Numbered from the stretch's first letter, positions 45,818 to 57,939 are shown. The stretch: DNA of 64,000 nt from an uncultured Gemmatimonadales bacterium (GCA_963716255.1 OY970303.1:2688001-2752000); one strand, 5' to 3'. Notes: generated by a model not told the origin, from the letters alone. Translations and numbers: made by a program.

Positions 45818-47323
45818 CTACTGCGGCCCGCCCTTCCGGTCCGCGTCAGGGGCGCCGCCCTGCTGCACGCTGCGCCGGTCCAGCTCCTCGGGCCTGGCGC
45901 CCCGCAGCGCTTCCTGCACGGAGTCCTTCGCGCTCGAGGTGGAAGCGCCGGCCGCCGCCGTCTCACGGGCCTGCCTGCGGGCCTCCGCGGACACCGCGCC
46001 CTGCTGCACGCTGCGCTGGTCCAGCTGCTCCGGCGAGACCCCCGCGCTCTCGGCATCCGCGGCGCCCACGGCGTCCGCGAAGCCCGGCCCGCCGCAGGGC
46101 GGAGGCAGGCAGTCCCGGCTCTCGCCGCAAGGCGGGCAGTTGTCCTGGCACTTCCTGGCCAGCGCCTCAAGCTCGTCGCAAGGCGGCGGCTCGTCGTCCG
46201 GGCAGGGGATGTCCTGGAAGCAGTCGCACTGGCGCGGCATGGGCATCATGGGCGGGCACAGGTCGAAGCTGCAGCCGCAGATGCTGGACAGCTGGCGAAG
46301 CACCAGGCACGCCACCACCTGCCCCAGCTTGAGCCCGGCCTCGTGGTCGCTGCGCCAGTGGATACCGGCCCACATCCGCGCCATGCCGATGTTGTCGGCC
46401 ATGTTGCGCAGCTCCTGGCCGATGGTGCTGAAGCCCAGCCCCAGGGTGAGCGCGTTGGGCGTGGGATCGTTGCCGAAGAAGTAGGCCAGGATGGTGCTGG
46501 CCGCGCCCGCGTAGGTGCTGTGCCCCGAGGGATACGCCGGGTGCCGCGGCGTCCCCGGGCTGAACCCCGGCACCGGCGCGCACGGCCGCGCGTCCGGACA
46601 GGTGATGTACATGGGGTTCAGCTCGTCCGGCCGGTCGAACAGCACGTTGATGGCACCGTACTCCGCGGGGCGCGGCCGCCGCGAGGTGAACTGGCGCGGG
46701 CTGAGCCACTTGTAGTACCAGGCCGCCTGGAGCGCGCTGGCGATGGCCACGTCCAGCGCCGCCCACACCAGCGCCTGCCGCGGCGGCGACCAGCTGCGCG
46801 TGGTGATCAGGTAGTTGAGCGCGTGGCGGTGGAAGAGCCCCGGCGTCTCGTTCTCCAGGGCCCGCGCCAGTCCCCGCCCCGTGCGGATCACCTGCTGTCC
46901 GGGGAGCCGGGCCACCTGCACCGCCCCCAGCGCGGGCGGCATCAGGTTGAACAGCCGGCTGATCGGCGCGCGGCACCCGAACGCCCGCGGGCGCAGGTAC
47001 CGCGGCTCGCACGGCCACTCCGTCAGGTTGGGGCAGTCTCCCTGGCTCACCAGGCTGCACGGCTCGTCGCGCAGCTTGGAAAGGTTCAGCAGCTCCTCGA
47101 ACTCCTTCCTGACCTCGTCCTGCCCGTCGGGCGTGCACACGTCCGGGTACGGGGGAAAGTACCCCGCGTTGCCCGGGTCGTCGGTGACGGCGAGCAGCTC
47201 CTTGATGGAGACCAGGCGCAGCTGCGCGCAGTGGTTCCAGAAGCTCGCGTCCGGCTCCACCTGCGGCCCCGTCAGCGCGTATTCCGGCACGGGACACGGA
47301 TATGGCTTGTCTACGCAGGTCAT
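45818..47323 (-). CDS. Vanadium-dependent haloperoxidase / PAP2-superfamily protein, Cys-rich
   Basis: AAWYYKW...RPRPAEY, TPRHPAYPSGHST and RMWAGIHWRSD. GGAGG RBS. Confidence 0.85.
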   Translation of the reverse strand: MTCVDKPYPCPVPEYALTGPQVEPDASFWNHCAQLRLVSIKELLAVTDDPGNAGYFPPYPDVCTPDGQDEVRKEFEELLNLSKLRDEPCSLVSQGDCPNLTEWPCEPRYLRPRAFGCRAPISRLFNLMPPALGAVQVARLPGQQVIRTGRGLARALENETPGLFHRHALNYLITTRSWSPPRQALVWAALDVAIASALQAAWYYKWLSPRQFTSRRPRPAEYGAINVLFDRPDELNPMYITCPDARPCAPVPGFSPGTPRHPAYPSGHSTYAGAASTILAYFFGNDPTPNALTLGLGFSTIGQELRNMADNIGMARMWAGIHWRSDHEAGLKLGQVVACLVLRQLSSICGCSFDLCPPMMPMPRQCDCFQDIPCPDDEPPPCDELEALARKCQDNCPPCGESRDCLPPPCGGPGFADAVGAADAESAGVSPEQLDQRSVQQGAVSAEARRQARETAAAGASTSSAKDSVQEALRGARPEELDRRSVQQGGAPDADRKGGPQ

Positions 47324-47354
47324 GGCTTTCCTCCGCGTACGGGTGAGCGCTGCG

Positions 47355-47420
47355 AACTATTATAGTCCGCAAATACACTATACACTTATAACGATTAAAA
47401 CACAATACAATCTTTGTTCA
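47355..47420 (-). promoter_or_regulatory. AT-rich promoter region with a consensus TATAAT -10 for the haloperoxidase-like gene
   Basis: TATAAT on the minus strand at 47359-47364, an ATACACT tandem repeat, and no consensus -35. Confidence 0.6.
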
Positions 47421-47584
47421 CCCCCAGCGCCCCGTCCCCGTGGCCGCGGAGGAGAGCTCCCGGCCGTTGTAGATCCGCCGCCGAGGCGCTAAAATACGAG
47501 GTTTGCGACCGGGTTTCGCGGCGCCGCGGCGGCTTCGCGCCGCCGGGCCCGGGCCCCAAAACGACCGAGCCTACCGTGACCGAC

Positions 47585-49972
<2,388 letters not shown>

Positions 49973-50043
49973 GCCCGCCGGCCGATGGAAGCGAGGGGGC
50001 GTCCCGGCCGGGGCGCCCCCTCGCTGACGCCAGCGCGACGCCC

Positions 50044-50173
50044 GCGTGAGGGATTTCGGCCCGAAGGGGCGAGACCCGACAGCAGTATCGTCGGGGCTCG
50101 ACTCCGTTGCAGACGGTCGTTTCGTCTGCTACGGAGCCGAAGCCCGACCCCGGCGCCAGCCGGGGGCACGCCC
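50044..50173 (-). repeat. Family-A structured repeat, copy 8
   Basis: Stem GCAGACG/CGTCTGC with loop AAACGAC. The second stem is CCCGAC/GTCGGG. Confidence 0.95.
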
Positions 50174-50252
50174 AAACCCGCCGTACCAGGCCGTTGTCCC
50201 AACCGGATCCGGTACAAGACCGCAGATCCATCCCCAACCGCCCGGTCCCGTC

Positions 50253-51413
50253 GTGAACCGAAAGCCCGTGCTCGCCGCCGTCCTCGCCGCCGCGGCCCTG
50301 GGGGGCGCCGCCCTCGCCGCCCCGTCGCTGCTCCCGCGGGACGGCCGCACCCCCGCCGCACCGTCGTCCCCGGCGCCGTCGTCCGGGGCCGCCGCACCGC
50401 TCGCTCCCACGCGCGGGCTGGACCGGACGCTGCTGGACAGCGCCTGCGCGCAGGCCGCCCGGCTGCCGCGGCTGCGCAGCCTGCTCGTCGCGCGCGACGG
50501 GGAGATCCTGGCGGAGCGCTACTTTCGCGGCGCCACGGCCGAGCGGCCGGCAAACGTCAAGTCGGTGTCCAAGAGCATCGTGTCGGCGCTGGTGGGGATC
50601 GCCGTGGCGGAGGGGCACCTGCGCGGGACGGAGCAGCCCATCGCCCCGTTCTTCCCGGAGCAGCTGGGGCGCGACCCCGACCCGCGGAAGCGCGCCATCA
50701 CGCTGGGCAACCTGCTTTCCATGCAGGCGGGGCTGGAGGGCACCTCGTTCGGCGGGTACGGCGCCTGGGTGGGGAGCCGCGACTGGGTGCGCTCCGCCCT
50801 GGCGCGGCCCATGGTGGACGAGCCCGGGGGCCGCATGATCTACAGCACCGGAAACACGCACCTCCTTTCCGCCATCCTCACCCGCGCGACGGGGCGCAGC
50901 ACCTGGGCGTACGCGCAGCGAGCGCTGGCGGAGCCGCTGGGGATCCGGCTGCCGCCATGGCCCACGGACCCGCAGGGGATCTACTTCGGCGGCAACGAGA
51001 TGCGGCTGACGCCGCGGGCCATGGTGCGCTTCGGGGAGCTGTACCGCAACGGGGGGCGGCACGAGGGGCGGCAGGTGGTGCCGGAGGCGTGGGTGCGCGC
51101 CTCGCTCGTCCCGCGCACTCGCTCCCCCTGGAGCGGCGACGAGTACGGCTACGGCTGGTGGCTGAGCACCGCCGGCGGGCACCCCATGTTCTACGCCTGG
51201 GGGTACGGCGGGCAGTTCATCTTCGTGGTGCCGGAGCTGCGGCTCACCGTGGTCACCACCTCGGAGCCGGACCTCCCGCGCGAGGGCGGCCACCTGGACG
51301 AGATCCGCCGCATCCTGCGCACGCTGATCGTCCCCGCCGCGGAGGCGGGCGGCCCGGCGGCGGCGCGCGACACGCTCCCCGGGGGCGGGGATCTGGACGA
51401 TTTGCCAGGATGA
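50253..51413 (+). CDS. Serine hydrolase, beta-lactamase class C / AmpC-like family
   Basis: SxxK in KSVSKS, LLSMQAG, YST, LAEPLGI, YGYGWW and AWGYGGQ. Confidence 0.88.
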   Translation: MNRKPVLAAVLAAAALGGAALAAPSLLPRDGRTPAAPSSPAPSSGAAAPLAPTRGLDRTLLDSACAQAARLPRLRSLLVARDGEILAERYFRGATAERPANVKSVSKSIVSALVGIAVAEGHLRGTEQPIAPFFPEQLGRDPDPRKRAITLGNLLSMQAGLEGTSFGGYGAWVGSRDWVRSALARPMVDEPGGRMIYSTGNTHLLSAILTRATGRSTWAYAQRALAEPLGIRLPPWPTDPQGIYFGGNEMRLTPRAMVRFGELYRNGGRHEGRQVVPEAWVRASLVPRTRSPWSGDEYGYGWWLSTAGGHPMFYAWGYGGQFIFVVPELRLTVVTTSEPDLPREGGHLDEIRRILRTLIVPAAEAGGPAAARDTLPGGGDLDDLPG

Positions 51414-51593
51414 TCGAAAGCGCCCGATGTGTGCCGTACACATCGGACGCTGATTCCGCCGTGGTTCGTGCAGCGTGATCGATGGACCGCTGAAATGGAT
51501 CGACAGACACGCCGGAGAACCGCGCCAGCCATCGTTGCAGCTACGCCTCGGGAGGTGTAGTCATTGCGGACACCTGGCACGGTGGCATTCGCG

Positions 51594-51803
51594 TCACCCG
51601 GTGTGACACTCCCCCGAACAGTAGTAACACCCGTTTACCTGCTTGAAGTGCTTCTTCGCTTCCGAGACGGCGTCTCGGCAGCTACTGAAGTATCCCAGGT
51701 AGATCCGATTGGCATCCGACGGCATGTAGCTGCAGCCGCTCACGTGCACTTCGTGATCGCCGTTCGACTGAGCCGATTTGTTGACGTAGTAGTACCCAGC
51801 CAC
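51594..51803 (-). CDS. Small Cys/His-rich hypothetical protein
   Basis: YYYVNKSAQSNGDHEVH..GC...NRIYLG.F..C..AV..AK....VNGCYYC...CHT. GTG start after GAGGTG, in a lower-GC patch. Confidence 0.75.
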   Translation of the reverse strand: MAGYYYVNKSAQSNGDHEVHVSGCSYMPSDANRIYLGYFSSCRDAVSEAKKHFKQVNGCYYCSGECHTG

Positions 51804-52029
51804 AGGACACCTCACTTGATGATGGTCGACGACGAAACGACTTCTGCATGGCGAGGTAGCTCTCGCCGATTCATTGGTCGGACGGGGCCGTCTCGTTTCT
51901 CACCCGCCGCTTCTCGTGCAGTCGCCTGAACCAGCATCGGGTGCATCCGCAATGAGGTGCGTTGGGCATGCCGGACGCGGCCGCTGACGAAGCGCATGCG
52001 GGCCGCTTCCTGCACGCCCGAGGAGACGC

Positions 52030-53100
52030 TCAGCCGCTCCCGGCGGCGGGGCGCTCACCAGCGGGGATCCAGGGTCCAGGCTCCAGCCCCATCGCCTCCG
52101 CCAGCAGCTCGTACGACCGCAGCCGCGCGGCGGGGTCGTGCGTGACCGTCACCACCATCAGCTCCTCCACCCCGTAGCGCTCCGCCAGCCCCAGCAGCGC
52201 GTCGCGGACCGCCGCCGGTTCGCCGGCGACGACCCGTGCCCCGGGCGCGTCCGGCGGCGGCGGCGCCCACCCCGCCCCCAGCTCGGCGAGCGCGTCCTCC
52301 GGCGAGGGGATGCCGCGGTCGAAGCCGCGCATGATCCGCCGCCGCCACGCCTCCATGCTGCTCGCCAGCCGGCCCGCCTCCTCGCTCGTATCCGCGCAGA
52401 CCACGCTCACCGCCGCGCTCGCCCGCGGCGCCGCCGGCGCCCCCGGCCGCGCCGAGGGCCGGAAGCGCTCCCGGTACGCCCGCGCCACCGCCGCCCCGTC
52501 CTCGCCGCTGATGAACTGCGCGAACGAGTAGGCGCACCCCGCCTCCGCCGCGTAGAGGGCGCCCTGCCCGCCCGAGCCCAGGATCCACAGCTCCGGCACG
52601 CCCGGCCCGCGCGGCATGGCCCGCACGCGCCGCCAGGGATGGTCCGCCGCGAAGTTCTCGTTGGCCAGCCAGCGCCCCAGCTCCTCCACCTGCCGCGGGA
52701 ACACGTCGCCCGCGGGCGCGCGCCCGTAGGCGAGCGCCTGCGCCGTGCGAGGGTCCCCGCCCGGCGCCCGCCCCAGCCCCAGGTCGATGCGCCCGGGAAA
52801 GAGCGTTTCCAGCACGCGGAACTGCTCGGCCACCTTGAGCGGGGAGTAGTGCGGCAGCAGCACCCCGCCCGAGCCCACGCGCATGGATCGGGTCGCCGCG
52901 GCGACCATGGGGATGAGCACCTCCGGCGCGGAGCCCGCGAACGAGTTGGTGCTGTGGTGCTCCGCCAGCCAGTAGCGCGAATATCCCAGCCGCTCCGCGG
53001 CGCGGGCCAGCTCCAGCGTGGCGCGGAGCGCGTCCGCCGCGGTGCCGCCGCCCGGGACGGGCGACTGGTCGACGACGCCGAGCTTCATGGGGAACGGCAT
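52030..53100 (-). CDS. LLM-class flavin-dependent oxidoreductase (luciferase-like)
   Basis: DQSP, GYSRYWLAEHH, RVGSGGVLLPHYSPLKVAEQF and GRIDLGLGRAPG. Confidence 0.92.
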   Translation of the reverse strand: MPFPMKLGVVDQSPVPGGGTAADALRATLELARAAERLGYSRYWLAEHHSTNSFAGSAPEVLIPMVAAATRSMRVGSGGVLLPHYSPLKVAEQFRVLETLFPGRIDLGLGRAPGGDPRTAQALAYGRAPAGDVFPRQVEELGRWLANENFAADHPWRRVRAMPRGPGVPELWILGSGGQGALYAAEAGCAYSFAQFISGEDGAAVARAYRERFRPSARPGAPAAPRASAAVSVVCADTSEEAGRLASSMEAWRRRIMRGFDRGIPSPEDALAELGAGWAPPPPDAPGARVVAGEPAAVRDALLGLAERYGVEELMVVTVTHDPAARLRSYELLAEAMGLEPGPWIPAGERPAAGSG

Positions 53101-53163
53101 GGGAGTGCGAAAGTGCGGGAGTGCGAAAGTGTTCATCCGGTGCACGCGCAGCGTGCAGCGTCA
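53101..53163 (+). repeat. AGTGCG(AA/GG) octamer array followed by a family-D minihairpin
   Basis: GGGAGTGCGAAAGTGCGGGAGTGCGAAAGTG, then CATCCGGTGCACGCGCAGCGTGCAGCG. Confidence 0.75.
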
Positions 53164-53208
53164 CGGCGGCGACAGGCTACCGAAGCGGGAAGCGGCCTGC
53201 AAGCCCGG

Positions 53209-53246
53209 AAAAAAGAGACGCCCGCACCGGAGGTCCCGGTGCGGGC
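53209..53246 (-). terminator. Probable intrinsic terminator after the VOC gene
   Basis: GCCCGCACCGG-loop-CCGGTGCGGGC hairpin with a T-tract on the minus strand. Confidence 0.55.
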
Positions 53247-53270
53247 TCGCTGCGTGTTCCCGCCTGGCCG

Positions 53271-53660
53271 TCAGCCGCCGGCCGCCACGGGCTGGCCGAA
53301 GACGATCCGGTGCCCGTCGGGCGTCCGCAGGCTGAACTCGCGGAGCCCCCACGGCTTCGTGGCCGGCGCGGACAGGATCTCGGCCCCCCGCCCCGCGACC
53401 TCCCGGTGCAGCGGGTCGACGCCTTCCACGGTCACGTACACGTACCACGAGTGGTCGCCGAGCTCGCCCGCGGGCGTGGCATCCACACACTCGCCGAGCA
53501 TCACCCGGAACGCGCCCCGGGACAGGAAGCTCCACCCGTCCGACCCGTCGCCGAAGTCACGCGTGAACCCCAGGACGTCCACGTAGAAGGCCGTGGACAC
53601 GCCCAGGTCGCGGACCGCGAGGACGCTGCGCGTGTCGACCAGCTGCGGCATGGTATCCAT
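53271..53660 (-). CDS. VOC / glyoxalase-bleomycin resistance family protein
   Basis: LAVRDL..STAFY.DVLGF and KPWGLREFSLRTPDGHRIVFGQ. Confidence 0.88.
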   Translation of the reverse strand: MDTMPQLVDTRSVLAVRDLGVSTAFYVDVLGFTRDFGDGSDGWSFLSRGAFRVMLGECVDATPAGELGDHSWYVYVTVEGVDPLHREVAGRGAEILSAPATKPWGLREFSLRTPDGHRIVFGQPVAAGG

Positions 53661-53781
53661 GACGTTACGCGGGCTGAAGGGTGATCGCTCAGGGAGCAGA
53701 CCGGCGGAGCGACGCACGATCGGCGCCGTTCCGCCGTTGCAGTTCGCCGTTCCCGCAGTATCCCCCAGAAGCTGTTCGGGG

Positions 53782-53894
53782 GGAGACAGCCGGGCAGTTT
53801 CGGCTGGCTCCCCCCGGCGGAGGGAAACCCGCCGGCCGTTTGGCGGGGTTCCCGGAGCCCGCGCAGGAGACGGACGGCTGTATCGTCCGGCTCC
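53782..53894 (-). repeat. Family-B cluster of three REP-like hairpins
   Basis: Colinear with 2250-2365 including parts of the linkers. Stems differ but remain paired. Confidence 0.9.
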
Positions 53895-53921
53895 GGAGCG
53901 GCCCGTCCCGCCAGAAAAAAT

Positions 53922-55319
53922 TCAGCGCGTCACGCCACCAGATGCCGGACGCCGCAGAACCGGCGTCACCGGGTACAGCGTGTAGCGGGCCGCCACCTTC
54001 TCCCACTCCGCGTTCTCCGCCTCCCAGCGGCGGAAGATCTCGCGCGGGTCGGTCCCCGCCCTGACGGCGGCGGGCGCCCAGCGGCTCCCCAGCATCTGGA
54101 GCATGCTCCCCATCCCCAGCTGCTGCGGGTGCATGCGCTGGATCTCGGACAGGAACACCAGCGAGGTGAGCACCGGCTGGTACGCGTCGCGGTCCGTCAC
54201 CCGCAGGCGCAGCGCGTTGCACTTCTGGTTGCGGAACTGCATCCAGTCCGTGCCGCGCGGCGTGAACTCGGCCAGCTCGAACTCCACCCCCGGCAGCCGG
54301 TACCCGCGCACGCGGCGCAGCAGCTCGGGCGCGTTCAGGTAGGGGGCGCCCACGTAGGTGAAGGGCGCGTCGGTGCCGCGGCCCACGCTGAGGTTGGTGG
54401 TCTCCAGCATCACCAGCCCGGAAAAGGAGAGCGCGGCGGTGAGGCTGCGGATGTTGGGCGAGGGGTTGATCCACGGGAGCCCCGTCTCGTCGAACCATTC
54501 GTCGCGCCGCCAGCCGTCCACCGGCACCACGTGCAGCTCGGCGCCCACGCGGTATTCCTGGTTCACGTAGCGGGCGACCTCGCCCACCGTGAGCCCGTGG
54601 CGCAGCGGCACCGGGTAGTAGCCGGTGATCGCCGGGCCCCTGTGGCGCATCTCCAGCGCCATCAGCGGCCCCTCCACCCGGGCGGTGATGGGGTTGGGGC
54701 GGTCCAGGACGACGAAGGGGATGCCCTGCGCCGCGGCGGCCTCCATCGCCATGGCCATGGTCCACACGTAGGTGTAGGGCCGCGCGCCGATGTCCTGGAT
54801 GTCGAAGAGCAGCACGTCGATCCCGCGCAGCATGGCCGCGGTGGGCTTCTCGTTGCGTCCGTAGAGCGAGAACACGGGAAGGCCCGTTTTGGAATCGCGG
54901 CTGTTGGCGATGTGCTCGCCGCCGTCCACGTTGCCGCGCAGGCCGTGCTCCGGGCCGAAGAGCGCCACCAGCTTCACCCCCGGGGCGGCGTACAGCAGGT
55001 CGATGACGCTGCGCCCGTCGCGGGTGACGGCGGTGTGGTTGGTGATCAGGCCGGCGCGCTTCCCCCGCAGCAGGTGCAGCGAGTCGCGCAGCAGCACCTC
55101 GGCGCCGGGAGTGACCACGCGCGGCGGCTCGGGCCGCGGGGCCGGGGCCGCCGCGGGGGCCGGGACCGGCTCCGGAGGGTCGGCGGGAATGTACAGCACG
55201 GGCCGCTCGCGCCGCGGGGCGTCGGGGGTGCGCGGCGTGGCGGGGACGCATGCGGGGAGGGCGAGGGCGAGCAGGGCGGCGAGCGAGCGCCGCGCCCGGC
55301 CGGGGCGGTGGTACGTCAT
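53922..55319 (-). CDS. namZ: Exo-beta-N-acetylmuramidase NamZ (DUF1343/YbbC) family lipoprotein
   Basis: GLITNHT, LFGPEHG, FDIQDIGAR.YTY, VLDRPNP, RHGLTVGE, PSPN and SVGRGT. Confidence 0.85.
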   Translation of the reverse strand: MTYHRPGRARRSLAALLALALPACVPATPRTPDAPRRERPVLYIPADPPEPVPAPAAAPAPRPEPPRVVTPGAEVLLRDSLHLLRGKRAGLITNHTAVTRDGRSVIDLLYAAPGVKLVALFGPEHGLRGNVDGGEHIANSRDSKTGLPVFSLYGRNEKPTAAMLRGIDVLLFDIQDIGARPYTYVWTMAMAMEAAAAQGIPFVVLDRPNPITARVEGPLMALEMRHRGPAITGYYPVPLRHGLTVGEVARYVNQEYRVGAELHVVPVDGWRRDEWFDETGLPWINPSPNIRSLTAALSFSGLVMLETTNLSVGRGTDAPFTYVGAPYLNAPELLRRVRGYRLPGVEFELAEFTPRGTDWMQFRNQKCNALRLRVTDRDAYQPVLTSLVFLSEIQRMHPQQLGMGSMLQMLGSRWAPAAVRAGTDPREIFRRWEAENAEWEKVAARYTLYPVTPVLRRPASGGVTR

Positions 55320-55436
55320 TGCACTTCGGTGGTACGGGGTGACGCGAAGGCTGCGAGCGGGACGGCGGACGACGGGCCAGGCGTGGCGGAAGGGTCTCTC
55401 CCGCGTGCTACCCGCGGGGAGGCGAAAAGGTGCGGC

Positions 55437-56048
55437 TCAGGGAGCGGGCGGCGGCGGTGGCGGAAGCTGCACGCGCACCATCTCCCGCCCGTCCCACACG
55501 AAGTAGGCGGGGGGGATGCGGCCCGGCCAGGGGAGCTCGCCGGGCTGCAGCGAGTTCAGCATCACCAGGCGGCTGTCGCGGCGGAACTCCAGGCTCCCCT
55601 CCGAATCGAAGGGGTTGCCGTGCACCCGGCCGGTGCGCGCGTCCACGACGGCCCAGTCCAGGCACTGGGTGCCGCATCCCCACCGGGCGATGGTGTACGC
55701 ACCGGCGAAGTTGGGCCCCTCGGCGGCGTCGGAGCGCAGCGCCGAGCGGTACATCCGCGCCCAGGGCTGGCTGCGCAGGTCCACCGGGGCGGGCGTGCCG
55801 CTGAAGCTCTCGGTCGCGGGATAGTCCTCGAAGCGCGGCACCGGCTGCCGGGCCCAGTCCGGCTGCGGCGGGATGGTGTCGCCGTCCTCGTCCGCGGGCA
55901 CAGCCGTGTTGGGCGCGGCGAGCACCAGGGTGTCCGTGCGGACGCCGGGATCGACGATGGGCGCCTCGGGCGGGGCGATGCGGTGCGTGCAGGCCGCCGC
56001 GGCGAGCAGCAGGGCGAGACAGACCGGGCGCAGGGGGCGGAGCGGCAT
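55437..56048 (-). CDS. Hypothetical lipoprotein
   Basis: Lipobox LAAAAC, and GPNFAGAYTIARWGCGTQC...DARTG. Confidence 0.7.
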   Translation of the reverse strand: MPLRPLRPVCLALLLAAAACTHRIAPPEAPIVDPGVRTDTLVLAAPNTAVPADEDGDTIPPQPDWARQPVPRFEDYPATESFSGTPAPVDLRSQPWARMYRSALRSDAAEGPNFAGAYTIARWGCGTQCLDWAVVDARTGRVHGNPFDSEGSLEFRRDSRLVMLNSLQPGELPWPGRIPPAYFVWDGREMVRVQLPPPPPPAP

Positions 56049-56095
56049 GGGAGCGGGAGGCCGGTGAGGGGAGGGGACGGAGGGCGGCGGCAGGG

Positions 56096-56341
56096 TCAGC
56101 GGGCGGGCGCGTCCGCGGGCGCCGCGCCGGCGCAGCGGGCGCAGATGCAGCGTCGGCCGCGCTCCGCCTCCGGGACGCGCGCCAGCGTTTCCGGCGCGAT
56201 GCGGGCCGCGGAGCACCAGCACTCCACCGCCCCGCCCGCGGGCTCCGCCATGGCGCACGCGTTGTCCCCGCCGCAGAGCGGGCAGGCCGCCTCCCGCGGG
56301 GAGGCCGGCGCCGGGGACGCGGCCCGCGGGTTCCCGCTCAT
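56096..56341 (-). CDS. Cysteine-rich CWC family small protein
   Basis: CPLCG..NAC...ECWC...CICARC. ATGA overlap with the upstream ATPase gene. Confidence 0.85.
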   Translation of the reverse strand: MSGNPRAASPAPASPREAACPLCGGDNACAMAEPAGGAVECWCSAARIAPETLARVPEAERGRRCICARCAGAAPADAPAR

Positions 56342-57807
56342 CCGAAGATGTCGCTTCCCAGGCCGCCGAAGCCCCCGCCGCCGTGGCCCTTGCCCTTGGG
56401 GCGCTCGGGACGGGCGCGGCTGTAGGTGCCGGTGTCCGCGCGCGTGATGCGGCGGTGCGCGGCCAGCCCCTCCAGCACCAGCTCGGCCGTGGCCACGTCC
56501 AGCGCGCGGTCGCCCCGGAGCATCCCGGCGTCCCGGAGCGACGCCTCCAGCCCGGGGACGGCGGCGAGCCCCTGCCAGCAGGCGTCGGCCGAGGCGCCGT
56601 CGGAGATCTGGAGAACGCCGCCGTGGTCGAAGTACTCCACCACCTCGTCCAGCGAGTCCGCGTCCCAGTAGCGGTCGAACACCTCGCGCGAGGCCGCGGC
56701 GATCAGGTCGCGGGCGATGGCCTGCGAGCCCTGCAGCTCGCCCTCGTACTCCAGCTCCATCTTGCCGGTGATCGCCGGGACGGCGGCGTACACGTCGGCG
56801 ACGCGGGGGACCACGCGCGGCTCGGTCGCCGTGAGGGCGCGCCTCTCGGCGTTGGACACCACCGTTTCCAGCACGGAGATGGGCATGCGCTGCGACACCC
56901 CGCTGCGCCGGTCGATCCGCTTGTCGTCGCGCGCCAGGAAGGCGATGCGCTCCACCACCTCGGAGATGAAGGGCGGGATCTCCACGGCGCTGCCGTCGCG
57001 GCGGGTCCACGCCTCCTGCCGGGTGATCTCCATTCCCTCCTCGGCGCTCTTGGGGTAGTGCGTCAGCACCTCGGCCCCGATGCGGTCCTTGAGCGGCGTG
57101 ATGATCTTGCCGCGCGCCGTGTAGTCCTCGGGGTTGGCGCTGAACACCAGCATCACGTCCAGGGGCAGGCGCACGGGATATCCCTTGATCTGGATGTCCC
57201 CTTCCTGGAGGATGTTGAAGAGCCCTACCTGCACCTTGCCGGACAGGTCGGGGAGCTCGTTGAGCGCGAAGATCCCCCGGTTGGCGCGCGGCAGCAGCCC
57301 GAAGTGGATGGTGAGCTCGTCGGAAAGCAGGTGCCCGCCGCGGGCGGCGCGGATGGGGTCCACGTCGCCGATCAGGTCGGCCACGGTCACGTCCGGGGTG
57401 GCCAGCTTTTCCACGTAGCGCCGGTCGCGCGGCACCCATTCCACGGGCGCGTCGTCCCCGTGCTCCTCCACCAGCAGCCGGCCGTAGCGGGAGATGGGGG
57501 CCAGCGGGTCGTCGTTGATCTCGGAGCCGGCGAGCGCCGGGATCTCCGGGTCCAGCAGCTCCACCAGCTGGCGGAGGATGCGGCTCTTGGCCTGCCCGCG
57601 CAGCCCCAGCAGGATGAAGTTGTGGCGGGCGAGCACGGCGTTGGCCAGCGACGGGACCACCGTGTCCTCGTAGCCGACGATCCCGGGAAAGAGCGGCCCC
57701 CCCGACCGGAGCTTGGCGAGCAGGTTCTCGCGCAGCTCCTCCTTGACGGAGCGTGACCGGTATCCGGACGCCCGCAGGGCGCCGAGGGTGGTGGGGCGCT
57801 GGGTCAT
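56338..57807 (-). CDS. Mg-chelatase-subunit-I-like AAA+ ATPase
   Basis: FPGIVGYEDTV, LGLRGQAKSR, EKLATPD, NRGIF..NELPDL and ANPEDYT.RG.IITPLKDR. Confidence 0.88.
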   Translation of the reverse strand: MTQRPTTLGALRASGYRSRSVKEELRENLLAKLRSGGPLFPGIVGYEDTVVPSLANAVLARHNFILLGLRGQAKSRILRQLVELLDPEIPALAGSEINDDPLAPISRYGRLLVEEHGDDAPVEWVPRDRRYVEKLATPDVTVADLIGDVDPIRAARGGHLLSDELTIHFGLLPRANRGIFALNELPDLSGKVQVGLFNILQEGDIQIKGYPVRLPLDVMLVFSANPEDYTARGKIITPLKDRIGAEVLTHYPKSAEEGMEITRQEAWTRRDGSAVEIPPFISEVVERIAFLARDDKRIDRRSGVSQRMPISVLETVVSNAERRALTATEPRVVPRVADVYAAVPAITGKMELEYEGELQGSQAIARDLIAAASREVFDRYWDADSLDEVVEYFDHGGVLQISDGASADACWQGLAAVPGLEASLRDAGMLRGDRALDVATAELVLEGLAAHRRITRADTGTYSRARPERPKGKGHGGGGFGGLGSDIFG

Positions 57808-57831
57808 GCGTTCACCTTCGGTGAAGTAGAG

Positions 57832-57939
57832 AAGTGCGAAAGTGCGAGGTGCGAAAGTGCGAAAGCGCTTCGGGGTGCCGGCCGCCCGGCGCACTCCTGC
57901 ATTTTCCGCACTCCCGCACTTTCGCACTCACGCACTTCC
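57832..57939. repeat. Two convergent arrays of AAGTGCGA-type octamers
   Basis: Direct array at 57832-57868 and an inverted array (GCACTYYC-like units) at 57891-57939. Confidence 0.8.

Noticed and set aside
51564..51929. 121-aa plus-strand ORF in the micro-islet
   Set aside because: It is antisense to the better-supported Cys/His ORF, which has an RBS and patterned metal ligands.
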